DNA from: Geosiphon pyriformis uo1
Taxonomy: Eukaryota > Fungi > Glomeromycota
Direction of reading: 5' to 3'
NCBI GenBank assembly: GCA_016748015.1
Contig: JAAOMT010000752.1
Location: 132,976 to 196,975, forward strand
Length of the DNA stretch: 64,000 nucleotides
The notes below the pieces were generated by a model. That model was not told the DNA's origin and made no database searches. It saw nothing but the letters and a program-made list of their open reading frames with translations. Of this stretch, positions 37,957 to 51,700 are shown piece by piece. Both the position numbers and the translations under genes were made by a program. Each line of letters opens with the position of its first letter. Position 1 is the first letter of the stretch.

Positions 37957-40900
37957 ATACTATTAGTTACAATAATATGATATATGTAATCAAGAACTTA
38001 CTTAATAAAAAGGCCACTGGCTTATCAAGTATCACGAATAAACTTTGAAAATACTATAACAGATCTGTATTTTTGATGCTCTTAGATATTTTGAACTCTT
38101 GTTTGGTATATAAGTCCATGCTTTAACCATAGAAAAAGGTCTAGATCTCAATAATTCTTAAGCCATATAAATAAGAAGGTGTTTTAATTAATACCAGACC
38201 AATTGCTCTAATTAAAACTGCTTAAAAAATTCTTTTTAAGATACTTTCTAACTGGATTTTTTTGGCTTATAACAAATTTAATATTTTTTGCAGTAATAAT
38301 TTTTTTGTGTTAAAGAGTACTACTACTCAGTCTCTTATCTTTACAATGGATTCAGTAGTTGAAAATATATTAGAAAAAAATTATAAACTCTGACTGGTCC
38401 TGTAAAAAATATAAAAGACTTATAACTCTGTTGACTAGCATTATTTAAAAAGTAGTTTAGTTTATATTAAGATGTGTAAGTGATTTATTAAATTTTTTAA
38501 AAGTATTCATAATAATAGAATCAATTGGGTTATAATAGACTATGAACTTACTAATAAATACTGAGTACATAATAAGTTGGACCAAGGTAAGCTTTTTTTT
38601 TTTTGCTTTAAAGAATTTTTTATGACTCTCTTTTATATAAAGTCAAAAAACAAAAAAGTTTGTATGGTTACTATATTGATATTAAGTTTGTTGCCAAAAC
38701 TGGTAGGCTAAAAAACCAAAGTGGTTTGTTTTTATATTTGGCAGTTAGTGTCTTTGTTGATAACACAATTTGAATAAAAAGTAGTCAAACTATTACTCAA
38801 TATATTTTGAATTTGACAAATAAATTTTTTGAATTAAATAATATTTTAATAAACAATAAAAAAACAGTGGCCATTTCTATTAATTAGAGTGTTAGGGATG
38901 TTTTACTATTAATAAGTGGCCTGCTAATATTTATTGCAAAAAAAAAGAGTCTTACAGATATTTTGGTATTTTTTTGTTTTCTGAAGGTTTGTTCAAATCC
39001 AGTTTGGTAAAGACTTATTCAAATATCAGGTTTTTTGTTAATTTGGTTTTAAGAAAAGCTATCTCAGACAAACAGTTTTTTTATTTAGTCTTGGCTGTAC
39101 TGTAATTTATAGTTGGTTATAGAACTTAATTTAGTTTTGTTTCTAAAAGTGTGTGCAATAAATAAAATACACTAATTAGGAAGAATTTAAGAATAAAAAC
39201 TGGTCTGCCAAGAGATTTTTCTAATGAAACTTTTTATTATTTATTATTATATGGCTTGAAGTCTTTTGAGCAAGTATAAGCTAAGAATAAGATGACTTCT
39301 GTATTGAATTTTTTGAATACTATTAGAATTTTTGGTCATTTGTTTGATCATAGGTGTTTGGATCTGCAGATTCTAAATTGGTCTCTCATCTACTCTTTAT
39401 ACTGTTTTGTAAAGCTAAAGATCAGTTTAGTTAACAATTTTCTGGCTAGTGTAGTTAAAATTTTTTTGGATTGTGATATTTTCTTTGACAATAATTTTTC
39501 ATCTGCATTTTATCTGTTTAATAGCATTCCAATGTTTTTTGTTTTGAAAAATTTAATGTTCTATAAAGTTTTTTATTTACTTAAAAAGTTTGGTATTATC
39601 TTTGTTAACCAATTGTATGATAAAAAAGAATCAGTTTTTGATTAGAAAAGTTTTTGTTATTGAAAAAGACTTGATTTTAGGGGCTTTGTTCTTATTTGGT
39701 TCAAATTGGCATTGGATTTTTTGGTAGAATCTGTGGTTTTTTTTTTATTGAATTATCTAATATTAGCTCTCAACCTTTGAACATTTGTTATACTGGTAAT
39801 GTTTTTAAAATAATGCAATGTTTCTTTGATATTGGTTTAAGTATTATTAATATTTATATAGATGAATTATTAAGGAACTTGGATACATGTCAGATAAGAT
39901 GTGATGTAACTGCATTTTTCTTTGACCTAGATATAAGTATTGGTGTTGAAATTAATAGTTTGGTGTTCTTTATAATGGTGAAATTGCAGACAATTATTCT
40001 GGTTTTGGAGTATGTTCTTGGTTGTAGTTTTGTTATGATATATTCAGACAGTTAAATTGCTTTAAATGCTTATAATGCAAAGTTAAATATGACTTTACCA
40101 GATTTTTACAACTGTTACTAAATAGAAAGATATAATATTATGAACTTTATTAAAAACAAAGAGCTTAACATTTTTTGGTTTAAGATTAAAGAGCATTCAA
40201 ATATTTTGGGCAATAAACATACTAATAAGCTAGCCACTTTAGCTTTGTATTCAAATTTAATGCTTTTTGTTCATGTCAAAAAAAATTTATTAGAGCTGAT
40301 ATGATAATAGTATCTAGAAATATTCATTATTTTACTTGTAAGATTTTTAGGACTGTTTATTATGCTTATTAGAAAATTGGGCCTAGATCTGATATTATTA
40401 ATAAAAGCATAATTAGAAATGTGAATTGGATTCAGACTTTTTTTATTTGGCATTCTAACTTGTACATGACAGCTAGTTTTACAAGTAAATCCACTATTAG
40501 TTTATGATTATATTTTATGAAGACTTTATATTATTATTTGCCAGTTGTTGTTTTAAAGTATTTGTATAATATAAAGTATTCTAGTATGTTATATTTTTAT
40601 TGTGAAGAGGTAAAGAATTCTAACCATTTCTTTACATGTCTGATTGACTTTGCTATTTATAAAGATCTGCTTAAGTTATATCTGGTTTAATAAAGTATCA
40701 TATTAGATTTGAGCTTGTTATTATTTTATGTTTTACAAATGCTTTTTTTGTATGCTTCTAATATTGCTGTATATACTGCTTTGTGTAAAAGTTTTGTGTT
40801 TAAGGAATGGTACTCAAAGACAATATTTGTTTTTAATGATGTTAAAGTTGCCAGTACTAAAATTATTAATTTTATGTATAGCTTAAGATTGGCTCATTAG

Positions 40901-41269
40901 ACTGAAATTTAAATAATAAAGACTAAGTACAGAGCAATTATGAAGAAATAAAATTTGATCACACTTAATGGTTTAGTATTTTTCAAAATCCATAATCTGT
41001 TGTTTCTGTTTTTTAATAGTGTTGTTAAGTTGTTTGAAATTGTTAAAGCATATGGTATTAGCTTTGGCTTTTATAAACTTTGCTGTTTTTTTTCTAATAT
41101 TGATAATATAGTGTTTGTTAAAATAAATTTATAGTGTTGCTCTAATTGGTTTGAGTGGCTAATTATATGTAGAAAGTGCATAATTTGTGCCTAGTTTAGA
41201 TTACTTAATTTAATATATTGTGCTAAATAGTATTTAGACTTTACTCATTAAGCATAATAAAAAAAATAA

Positions 41270-41404
41270 ATTAATTAATTAAATATATTTTTTAATAATT
41301 ATTTTTGAATAATAATTACAGATTTAAAATATTAAACTATACAAATAAGAACATGTAAAAATCTTAAAATATAATAAAACTTATTATTATCAAATTATAT
41401 ATAT
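41270..41404 (-). repeat. Degenerate family-D LTR fragment (continues at 58408-58643 after LINE-5)
   Basis: Collinear with 410-540 after C>T/G>A conversion. Confidence 0.6.
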
Positions 41405-41537
41405 ATTTTTTTTATTAAAGTTTAATAAATGAAGTCCAAATGCCACCTAGTGCTATACATTATACAAATGATCTAAACTAGGCGCGAATCATGCCTTTGC
41501 TACACATGACCAGACACTCAGACTAGTCAAAACAACA

Positions 41538-44500
41538 CTATGCACCTATATGAACTGAAGCCATGTCACCAACACTTGCATAAAACAAACAACACTTATG
41601 ATATCCAAAACTAATACTGAATGCATCAGCAATACCCAACAACTTAATCACCTCAGCCAAAAGCCGCGCAGAAAAACCAGAAACAGCAACAGGAATAAAA
41701 TTATCACATGGAATTAACTTATTCTTCTCCATAATGGCCCGGTGTTTCACACGGACCAGCCAGATATTATCATGAAATGTAAGACAAAACTCCCATACAA
41801 AATTCACAACATTGACTACTGCCACCTTAGGATTTTTATAAACAGAAACAGACTTACAATACCAATTGCTGAAAACAAAACTCTTACACAGAGCCATACT
41901 GACAGTCACATCTGAAATGCAAGTCAACAACAACTATAATATGCATGAAGAAGAACAAGACAGACCAGAACACACCTCCCAGGCAGCTGCATAAGTGTTC
42001 AACAAATTGGCGCGACTATCAGTGTCAGAAGAGCAAGAAAAGACATGGTTCAAGACTTCAACCTCACCACAGAACAAACAAACCACACTGGGATAACCCC
42101 TATCATACAGATGCTTTCATACAGCAACAAGAAGGTGATGATGAAGGGCTTTCATGAAATATGTATGAAAGCCAGCTGTCCAAATATTAGTAAAACCAGT
42201 CGCCATGTGAGAATTCGGGTGCCATACCAGAGAGGATCTTAACCAGTCAATATCAGCATGCAAATAATCTGGAACAACCTGGAACCAGAACCAACCTCCC
42301 AATGTGCACAATGAATTGACCTGAATACATTATGAACAAAATGCCTCAAATTACCAGAAACTGTACCAACACCAGCCTTCAAAAATCTCTTACTGACCAA
42401 GTGGGGCAGGTGCCAGGCAGAAAGGGCAGCATTCTTAGCTAGTGCATTAGCACGCTCATTGCCTGAGACACCCGAATGGCCCTTAACTTTAATCCAATTA
42501 ACATCCAAATTTTTGCGACAAATGACATTGGCAATATGACAATGCTTAATCCAACAACAATTCCTAAAATCAGGACCAACTGATAAAGACTTCAACCTGC
42601 AAGCATCAATAGCCACCTGGCTGTCCAAGAACAAGTCAACTGAATGAAAAGAAGGAACACACTCAAGAGCCAAAGCAATGGCCTGCAACTCCACCAAAGT
42701 AGAAAAAACCAAACCAAAAACCCTCACATCCAGACCTGAATCAATGTCCTCAAAGAAAACTGCAGCACCAGCCAATATGTCAACAGTGCCCAAGTTACTC
42801 AGAGACTTATCTGTATACACAGAGAGATGGGCAGCACCTACACTCAACAGATCATTACAAATAACACCAAAACCAAGAGACTAATGGATGTCAGAAGAAC
42901 TATCAACACCCTTATAAGGGGAATAACCAGAAGAAGAAGCTATACCACCAAGAAAACGTACAGAGAGATCAAACCAAGAAGGAACCGGGCCATGAGGGTC
43001 CAGTCTTTTCCAACACTTGAAAGTCTTCCAATCAAAAACAATGCCATTCCAGTCACAAAGCTGTTCTACAAAAGCAATACCATAACGCTTGAGAGAAGAA
43101 ACACATTTGAAAAAAATCATCTCACCAAGTACTAGAGACATAGAAGTACTGCACTGAAGATGAAAAGCACTGACCAGAGAGCCACCTAAAGACAAATCAC
43201 ACCCAGAAAAAATACAAACCACATCTGCCAAAAAGTTGTTGAAGGACTGACTTTAACACAAACAGGAAACAACAAAGAGTAATGAAGACGCTAGCTGAGA
43301 ATCTGGAGATCATGAGACCTATGAGAAAACAAGCAACTCAAAACACCAACCGAATTCACAAAAGCAATAACAGAAGCTGACTTGCTCTCAGCCTAAATTT
43401 GCTCAAAAGTCTTTAAATTGTACAAGGAAGGATGATGAAGTGCATTATTGGGAAAGTCCAGAGGCAGCCCAAATTTGGATTTCAGGCCCTTGTGAATCAA
43501 AGTATCCCATTTATTACACACATTGAGAGGAATAAAACTGAACTGAGTCCTGTAGCTAATGATAGGAAAGAGAACTAAAGACACCAAATAAGCAAACTGT
43601 TTATCTGAAATAACTTTTTTCAGAATGAAATTGACAAAAAACCACATTCAAATGTGCCTTAACCAAGCTAGGCTTTAAAAGACCATCAGAAGATAAAAAA
43701 ATACCCAGATAACAATAAGGTTTACCTCTTTTAGCAATGGAAATTGGCATACTACTGATAGTTAGGTAAGGAGCAGTGACCTGACAGTTGATAAGAATGG
43801 CCACAGTCTTGTCATTGTTTATCAAAATGTTATTTAAACAAAAGAACTCACTAGCAACATTAAGGATGTGTTGTGTAGCAGCTTGACTGCTACCGACCCA
43901 GATAGTATCATCAACAAAAGCACTAGTGGCCAGAAATGATGACAGCCCAGCTTGAGATTCCACCCAGCCAGTCTTAGAAATGAAATGAGAAATCAACTTG
44001 TAATCACAAATGCTCTTCTGTCTCTTAACTTCACACAAAAGCAAGTCATAAAATATGCACCAGAGAAGTGGTGAAAAAACCTCCCCCTGATCCAATCCAT
44101 TGTGAACATGATATCCATTAGTTAAACCAAAATCTGTCATCACTCTGTTAGTGTAACCATTATGAATGCTACCAAAAAATCTGATAAATTTGTCACACAT
44201 TTTGATCCTGATCAAACTCCTCTTAAGATGCTCCCAACCAACAGAATCATAAGCTTTGTGCATATCTTGTAAAACCAGCCACAACTCTCAGTTCTTTTCC
44301 AAAGCATCTTTGATCACCAAACCAATAACAAAGATAGGCGATTGAGTAGACATACCTTTTAGGACAGAGAAATTGTCTTCATGGAGAACATCAAAAGTAT
44401 TACAAGCCAGAAAGATCCAATCTGAAAGAATTTTGGAAAGGACCTTGCGAGCTGTCTCAATTAAAGCAATAGGACAGGTATTTGTAAGAACACCTTCCCA

Positions 44501-46222
44501 CTTGTAAGGTTTAGGAATCATTGAGACCCAGGCTTCTCTCCAAAGTCCAGGCACTGACTCACAACTTAAACAAAAATTTAAGAGCACCAAAAGCATATCC
44601 AAGACCAACTTGTCACAGTGTTTCCAAAGTTTATTAGGAATACCAGAAAAACCAGCTGCTTTTTCATCAGGCAAATTTAAAATAACACCAAACATTTCAT
44701 CAAAACTGATTGAATACATTATATTAGAGAAGGCACCATCGAAGACATGATTCAAAGGCAGAAATTGCCTTGTCCAATCACTAGAAATATCAGAAGCCAC
44801 CACACATTTCCTAGTCCAACCCTCCATGATTCTATCCATCTTAGATTTAACCAACTCAGGCTCCAGGACTAACTCCCTACTATCCACCAAATAATCCAAC
44901 ACCACTTTACAAAAAGAACGCTCCAAAACACTTCTAATGGTGTGACCCTTATTCACTTCAAAACTCTCCATTCTCTTTTCAATAGCCTGTCTCACACTAG
45001 ATTCTTCAGCACACTTAGATTCCAACAACTTAAAAGAGTGGTAAGACTTCTTTATCTTAGCCAGTCCAGAATGGATCACATCAAAACTGGCACCAGAAAG
45101 AAACAAAGATTTCACTGGCAAAGCACCCACAGAATCAAGCCTGTTTCAAGTATCCAACAACAAGGCGAAATCTCCACTAAAAACCAACTAAGAAGCCTTT
45201 ACCAGTTTAGACACAAGTAGCTCCAGTCTATGAAACCAGAAAGATACCTTATTAAAAACACAATCAAAACTTCTAAACCATTTTTTCTTGAACATTCCAC
45301 CAGCTGAAAGAACCATAACCTTATGAACAATATTCCACATCGCATCCAGATCAGAAAACTGCTTAGCTATAACAAACTTATCCAAAAACATAACAGTATT
45401 AGCAGCCATAGCATTCCTGAATTCTGACCACTTAATCTCACTGGTATTTTTGATATCATACTTCCAACAATCTCTATTAGCTTGTTTGCGCAGTGAATTC
45501 AGCTGGACATCGAACAGGCTACCCAGTCCCATAGAAACATAAACAGCCTTGTGATTAGTATCAAAATATTCCTTAACGCCATCCACACCATAATCCACTA
45601 CCGCACCAACCAAATTAGAAGAAACAAATACATAGTCAATTGTTTTAAAAATACCATGAGAATTGCACCAAGTAGATGACTTCACAAAAGAGCTCCCCCT
45701 TAGAGAGTTAATCAAACCCAAATTAAAACATTTCTTAAAACTGACACATTTGTAAGAATCATTTTTATTAAAATCACCACCAAGAATAACAAAAGAAGAC
45801 TCATTAATGGCTTTAGCAATAAGAGAGTTAATTTCACTAGCCTGAGAAAACTGAATCACCAATGAAGCACCAGCATAGAGCCCCAAAATAGACACTGAAA
45901 GTTTATTTTTGAAAAGCAACTTGATGGATAGAAGCCGACTAGGCACCTCAAAGACCTTGCAGACATGTTTTGCCAAAGAAGAATTCACTACGATCAACAC
46001 CCCAGCACCCAAAAAACCAGAATCCAGACCAGAAGTAAAAACCCGAACACCATTAAATTTGTCAATCAACTATGGGTGAACTTTACCTTTAAGCTTTGAC
46101 TTTGTAAAAATAAAAACCAAATTGTTTATATCCTTGTGCCAATGAATTATATCATCTTGCTTTGCAGGATTGTTCAATCTATGAACATTACATGTAGCAA
46201 TTTTCTATACCAGACCACTTAT
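41538..46222 (-). pseudogene. LINE-5 ORF2 (APE - RT - RNase H - CCHC)
   Basis: LGGDFN, TIDYVF; PIALIE, LQDMHKAYDSV, QGEVFSP, AFVDD; YTDKS..ELQAIA..KVKGHSGVSGNERAN. Confidence 0.92.
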
Positions 46223-47785
46223 TGAGAAGGAGGTAGAAGAGGAGCACCATCTGTCAAAGCCAAACCATCCAAGCACGCTGATAGGCTCATGACTGAAACA
46301 GCAAGACCCTCCAACATGGTCTCCAATTTCACAACCTCAAATAAGGCAGTAGAACCCACAACGGTAACAGTCTCATCACCAGTGGTATCACCCGAACTCA
46401 TTTCCATCACTATATCCTCTCTTTAATTCTACAACAGAAGAGTCACCAGCAGCTGACATCCAGGGCTAGGCTGGGGAACCACCAGCATGAATAAATCCAA
46501 CCTCTTAGCCAACTCACTAATTTGTCCCACAAGACTGATAAGACTGCTTTCAATATTTACCAAACACTCTTCCAAATCATTTGCAACAGAAGAGAGAGGT
46601 TTACCAACTTTTTTGGAACCAAAAATTGAACCATCACCAGAAAAACTATGCACCGAAGGAGCACCAACTACCAATGCCCAAGTTCTGCTACCAAAAGAAA
46701 CTGGACGAGTAACAGGTGCCTGCTTCTTCTTATAAATGCTGGCCAAATGAACACGATCCAGATTGGTCACCACCCTTTTCCCATGGCTACCAAAATTCTC
46801 ACCTACTGAACACACTCCACTAGTATGACCACACAGATTGCATGCAGCACAGCAAGCCAGAAAAAAACCAGCCTAGCACAAACTCACTCCCTTAAAAACC
46901 AAAACCGAACCAAAAGCAGCCAACTTGAAAGCTTCATTAGCAAAACAAATAACAGCACACCTATCTTAAACATACGTAACTAGATTACAGCCAATAACAC
47001 AGGTCTTCCCACTATATAAATTCAACAGACCAGAAAAATCATGAGCAGTGGTGCTAACTAGAAGAGTATAAAGCAATGCCCAATGTTGATCTCTCAATAC
47101 CCACATTTGTTTATCACCAACTGCCAAAGCCACACACACCAAACCTTTTCTCATGAGAACTGACCATTTAAATACAACCAAACTGGCAACTTCTGATGAC
47201 TCAAATTCAATTAGGGCCTTTTGCCAAAGACCAATCAATTGCATTTTAATAGAAACAACCCTGCCAAATTTAGAAAAAACTGATTCCACAGCCAACTTTG
47301 GAAGATCAACTGGGATCTTCTTAACAATCACTTCCCAATTCAAATGAATGTTTGCTTTTATGAGATCACCATTGACAACAATTTTTTTACAGACTGCCAT
47401 TTCTTTGGCCTTAATCAAACTAGACTCACTTGTGAAAGTTGAATGAATAATACCAGAAAATTTTGAGGAAGTTGAAGCTCCCCCAAAACCATCAATTTTG
47501 TAAAAAAATTTTTGATTGAAATGAGCTTATCACTATTAGTCCTGTCAGAAACAGCTGACAAATTTACATTCAGAGCAAACAATTTCACTGGCCCGAAACT
47601 ATGACTCTTGAGAACATGTGATTTAGAAGAGGGCAGCTGATTAGACCCATTGATTTTAGGAGGCGACAACACGGAATTGTCATCGTCATTGTTCATAGTA
47701 GCAAATAGAGGCACCTTAAGAGGTTGTTTCAACACATATGTCTGAGTGTGAGTTCTACATGGCATAGTCTCATCCATTTTATCAT
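46219..47785 (-). pseudogene. LINE-5 ORF1, 3' part
   Basis: Homologous to LINE-3/LINE-4 ORF1; CAACNLCGHTSGVC knuckle; coiled coil. Confidence 0.85.
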
Positions 47786-48658
47786 TGTTACTTATAGAAT
47801 ATAGGAAATATAGTATTATTAGTCAGTAGATATTAGCCAATCAGAGGTAGATGTAGTAAATGTGGAATTTCAGAATTTCTCTTAGAGGAATTGCAGGATT
47901 CTAGAAATTTCAGAATTTCCCAACAAGGAATTGCAGGATTCCAGAATTCTAGGATTCCTCTCATCAGGAATTGCAGGATTCCTGTTGCAAAAAATTGAGA
48001 AATTGAGAAATCTCAATTATGTATATATAGCAGTAGTATTAAAAGCTAAAAAGACAGACCTCTCAGTTTAGATTTAATCTAAGCAACCTTTCAGTTCCCA
48101 ATCATCAAATAAATAATTATTCCATATCTCAACCCACTCTTCACTATCAACACTTCATGTTGATAGTAATTGATACTTAACCATGCTAGAACAATAGCTC
48201 TTGATCATGGCTATTGACGAGATACTAATGTACTAAATTGTCTTGGCTTATTTTCTCTATTTTCTTTATTTTTATTTTCTTTATTTTATTTTTTTTCTTT
48301 CTTTGATTTTGTTGTTGTATATTAATTGATTAAAAAATTAAGTGCTGAGTTATTGATGTCAAGGATAGTCTGGTAAAAGACCCAGAAATAAGGGTAGAAT
48401 TTTATATATTATCAGATAGCTTACCAGAAGGGCATAACTGCCAGACTAAATCCAGCCACCATGCTGAGAAAGAAATTGGAAAAACTCTTGGAAAGATACA
48501 TTTATTATTGACACTATTGAATCTCTGTCCATTATACAAAGAACTCCATCAAAATCTTCAGATACAACACTTACAGAACTTCATCAATGGAAGTAGTTTT
48601 TGAGCACCAAGTTACAGGTTTGTTATTAATTCAACAGCAGAAATAATCATCTGTAACA
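47786..48658 (+). repeat. 5' LTR of element C
   Basis: TGTTAC...TGTAACA; U3 tandem AGGAATTGCAGGATTCC repeats at 47864-47985. Confidence 0.92.
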
Positions 48659-48720
48659 TTTGGTGCTCTCTGTAAGGTATAATCTTACAGAGAACCAGCA
48701 CTGACAATACCAAACCAAAA

Positions 48721-51700
48721 GTGGCAGAATCAGAAATAATAGGGACAAACCATCTAGGATTTGCAAAAGCTTTATTTCAACAGTACAGCCAGCAGCTAGG
48801 CCTAACCAACAACTATTATCCAGCAGAATCAGCTTTCAACTTCTATGTCAATGAAAGAATCACAGATTTTCTAGGAAGACCAGTTGATATTGAATCAGCA
48901 AGAAAAAATTTCTATTCGGAACTAATCCAACACACCAACTTATCCAGAAATCACAGCTTTGCACCCATCATCAAAGAAATCAACCAAGAAATTGAAAGAT
49001 ATACACAAAAGACATTCCCTATTACTTACCAGGACAAAGGCAAAGAAAAACTACAGACACCAGCAGTAACACCCAAAGGAATACAAATTTCTAACTGGAA
49101 GAAACAAAGAATTGAATCTCCAATATACTCATTATACCATCACACACCTGAAAGTACCATCAACATCGTATCAGCAGACGCGTCCACCAGTACAAAGACA
49201 CTGCTAGCAAGAATTGCATTTCAGAGTAAACAAAAAAAAACAAACTATTAGGGGCATACAGCGATTATTTTGAAGGATTTAAATCGAGATTGTCAATACC
49301 ATTAGGATTCCAATCACCACCTCATCAGCCAGATTTTGGAACTGTCAGTCCCTAGGAAATTACTAAATCAGAAGAAGAAGAAAATGAGGATTAGGAATTC
49401 AATTACCAAAACCCAATCCTAGAAGACTGGAACATTCAAACTCAGCAACATTTAGAAAATTTGGAAATCAAAATGCCGAATATTCGAATTCTGCCAAATC
49501 AAAGAAATCAAAACCCCAAATTAATTAATCAGCAAAACTTACCTCTGGTAATTGTCATCAATCAACCACCAATTAATCCTATAGCCAAACCCATACAACA
49601 GCCACTTCAACTATCATTCCAACAACTAGTATAATAACAACTGCTTCAACAGCCATCACAACCACCTAACTTAGATCCAATAACTTACATACCAATTGCA
49701 AAACTTGACAACTTTACTGGTGAAGAAAATGATGCTTAAGTATGGCTGAATGATATAGAAAAGGCCATCACAGCCAACAGATGGAATGACGCCCAAGCAA
49801 TGCAAGCCATTTTCTACTTTCTCAAAGATACTGCCAATTCATGGTATCAGAGCTTGGTTAATAAACCACAAGATTTCAATGCCTTCAAAGTGGAATTCCT
49901 AAGATACTTCAGCAACAATAACAGCATCAATTGTCTAGTTAATATATTTACTACCATGAAACAAGGAGAAACTGAAGCGGTCACCACTTACCTGGGACAC
50001 TTCCATCAAAACCTGTGCCAAATTTAAGTAAATGATGCCAACTATTTCACAGCCCCACAGATACTCAACCAGTTTATCCATGGCCTGTGCAGCAGCATCT
50101 TGCAACATGTATGTCCGTTGCATCCAGGCATTCTTCAAGATACAGTCACACACGCCAGAGATTTTGAATCTGCTGAGTCAGAGACTAATCATGCCCAAGC
50201 TGTTAATCTAGTAATGAACAAATCATCTGAATTGGATTCCAAATTGGAGAAGTTCAGTAAGTCAATTAATAAAAGATTGGAAGAATACTTAGCTGACAAT
50301 CACACCATTTATCAGCCTCCACAACAATGCAATAATCAAGGAAACTCTAATCGTGCCCAAAATCAACCATGTTCATCTTCATTGACCAATCAACAATGAC
50401 AACAGGAAACACATATCTGCCACTATTGTGGTAAACAAGAACATATTTAAATCAACTGCCGTCAGCATTTAAATAACCAACAATTGGGAAATTAATATCA
50501 AAACCCCAATTGCTGGTTTCAAACTCTGAATCAGTACCCAAATCAAAACCAACCCACTTACCTACCAGTGATGCAGTCATCAGTCTATTAATCTCCAGTG
50601 TATCAAGCTCCAATCTATCAACTGCAGCCACAAGTAATTTATCAACAACCACAGTCACAAATAATCTATTAACCCCAACAAATCCAAACACCACTCCAAA
50701 GCTTACCACCCAACAGAACCCAAAGACCAAGAATAACTCAACAGAGCTGGAGATTGGTGATGGTAGTTCATCAACTGATCCCCAGTTCTTCACAGCAACC
50801 ATTTGGATTATGCCAGTGGAATTCGGGTGCTGGTCAACCCCAGAACCCGAATTCCCAAAACTATTTAAGTCTCTTGGTTACCCCAGAAGATGCTTCACCC
50901 AGCAATCAGGAACTCACCTAAAAACAACAAACACATACCAGCAATATTCCACCAGCAACAGTCACCAATGACAAATTACTGGACGCCATTTTTTCATTCA
51001 AACTCGAGGAACCGTCAACCATATCATTATTTAGTGGAGCCGCACTGGAAGAAAAGCCAATTACCATCATGTACACTGATGTGTAAATTGATGGCCATTA
51101 CATCAAACTAATTCTTGACAGTGGTTCAGCAGATAGCATCATCACATGACAACTTATGGATCAATTAGGTCGCCGAGTTGATCAAACTGCTAGCACCAGA
51201 ATCATTATGGCTGATGGAGTAACCAAGACTCCAATTGGTAAAATTGATAACTTACCAATCGAAATTAACAGCATCATAGTATCAATCAAAGTACTTGTTA
51301 TGGAAGCCACCCAATACTAAGCTCTAGTTAGTAATGACTGGCTGTCCAAGATGAACACCACTCTGGACTAGAATACACAAGAGCTCCAACTCAGCCAGAA
51401 CAGGCAACACACGTGAGTACCAGCCACATGTGGTTACTTCAAGGCTACCAACATTATGGCACCACTAATCGACTTCGAGAAAGAAAAACAAAAACCTACC
51501 TGGGAAGCCTACCAAGTATCATGGGCTGATGAAAAGCACAATGAACTGCCACCAATACTCTCTTAGAACAACAATGGGAAAGGAAAGCAAACAAACAAAC
51601 TTACCTGGGAAACTGACAATCTGACTTGGACTGACAATGAACAAGAAAAAGCCTCCAGTTGGGAATAGAATGAAGATAAAGAAAAAGAAAAAGGAATGCT

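Larger units (their letters stand above)
14190..41270 (+). mobile_element. LINE-4: full-length degenerate LINE split by Gypsy A (15444-34775) and the solo LTR (37056-37956). Pieces: 14190-15443, 34776-37055, 37957-41270
   Basis: The 5'UTR matches the reverse complement of 58250-58395. ORF1 rejoins across A as L-Y-G-K-K-I-C and ORF2 rejoins across the solo LTR as ..S-A-I-S... Conserved 3'UTR and A-tail at 41135-41270. Confidence 0.85.
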
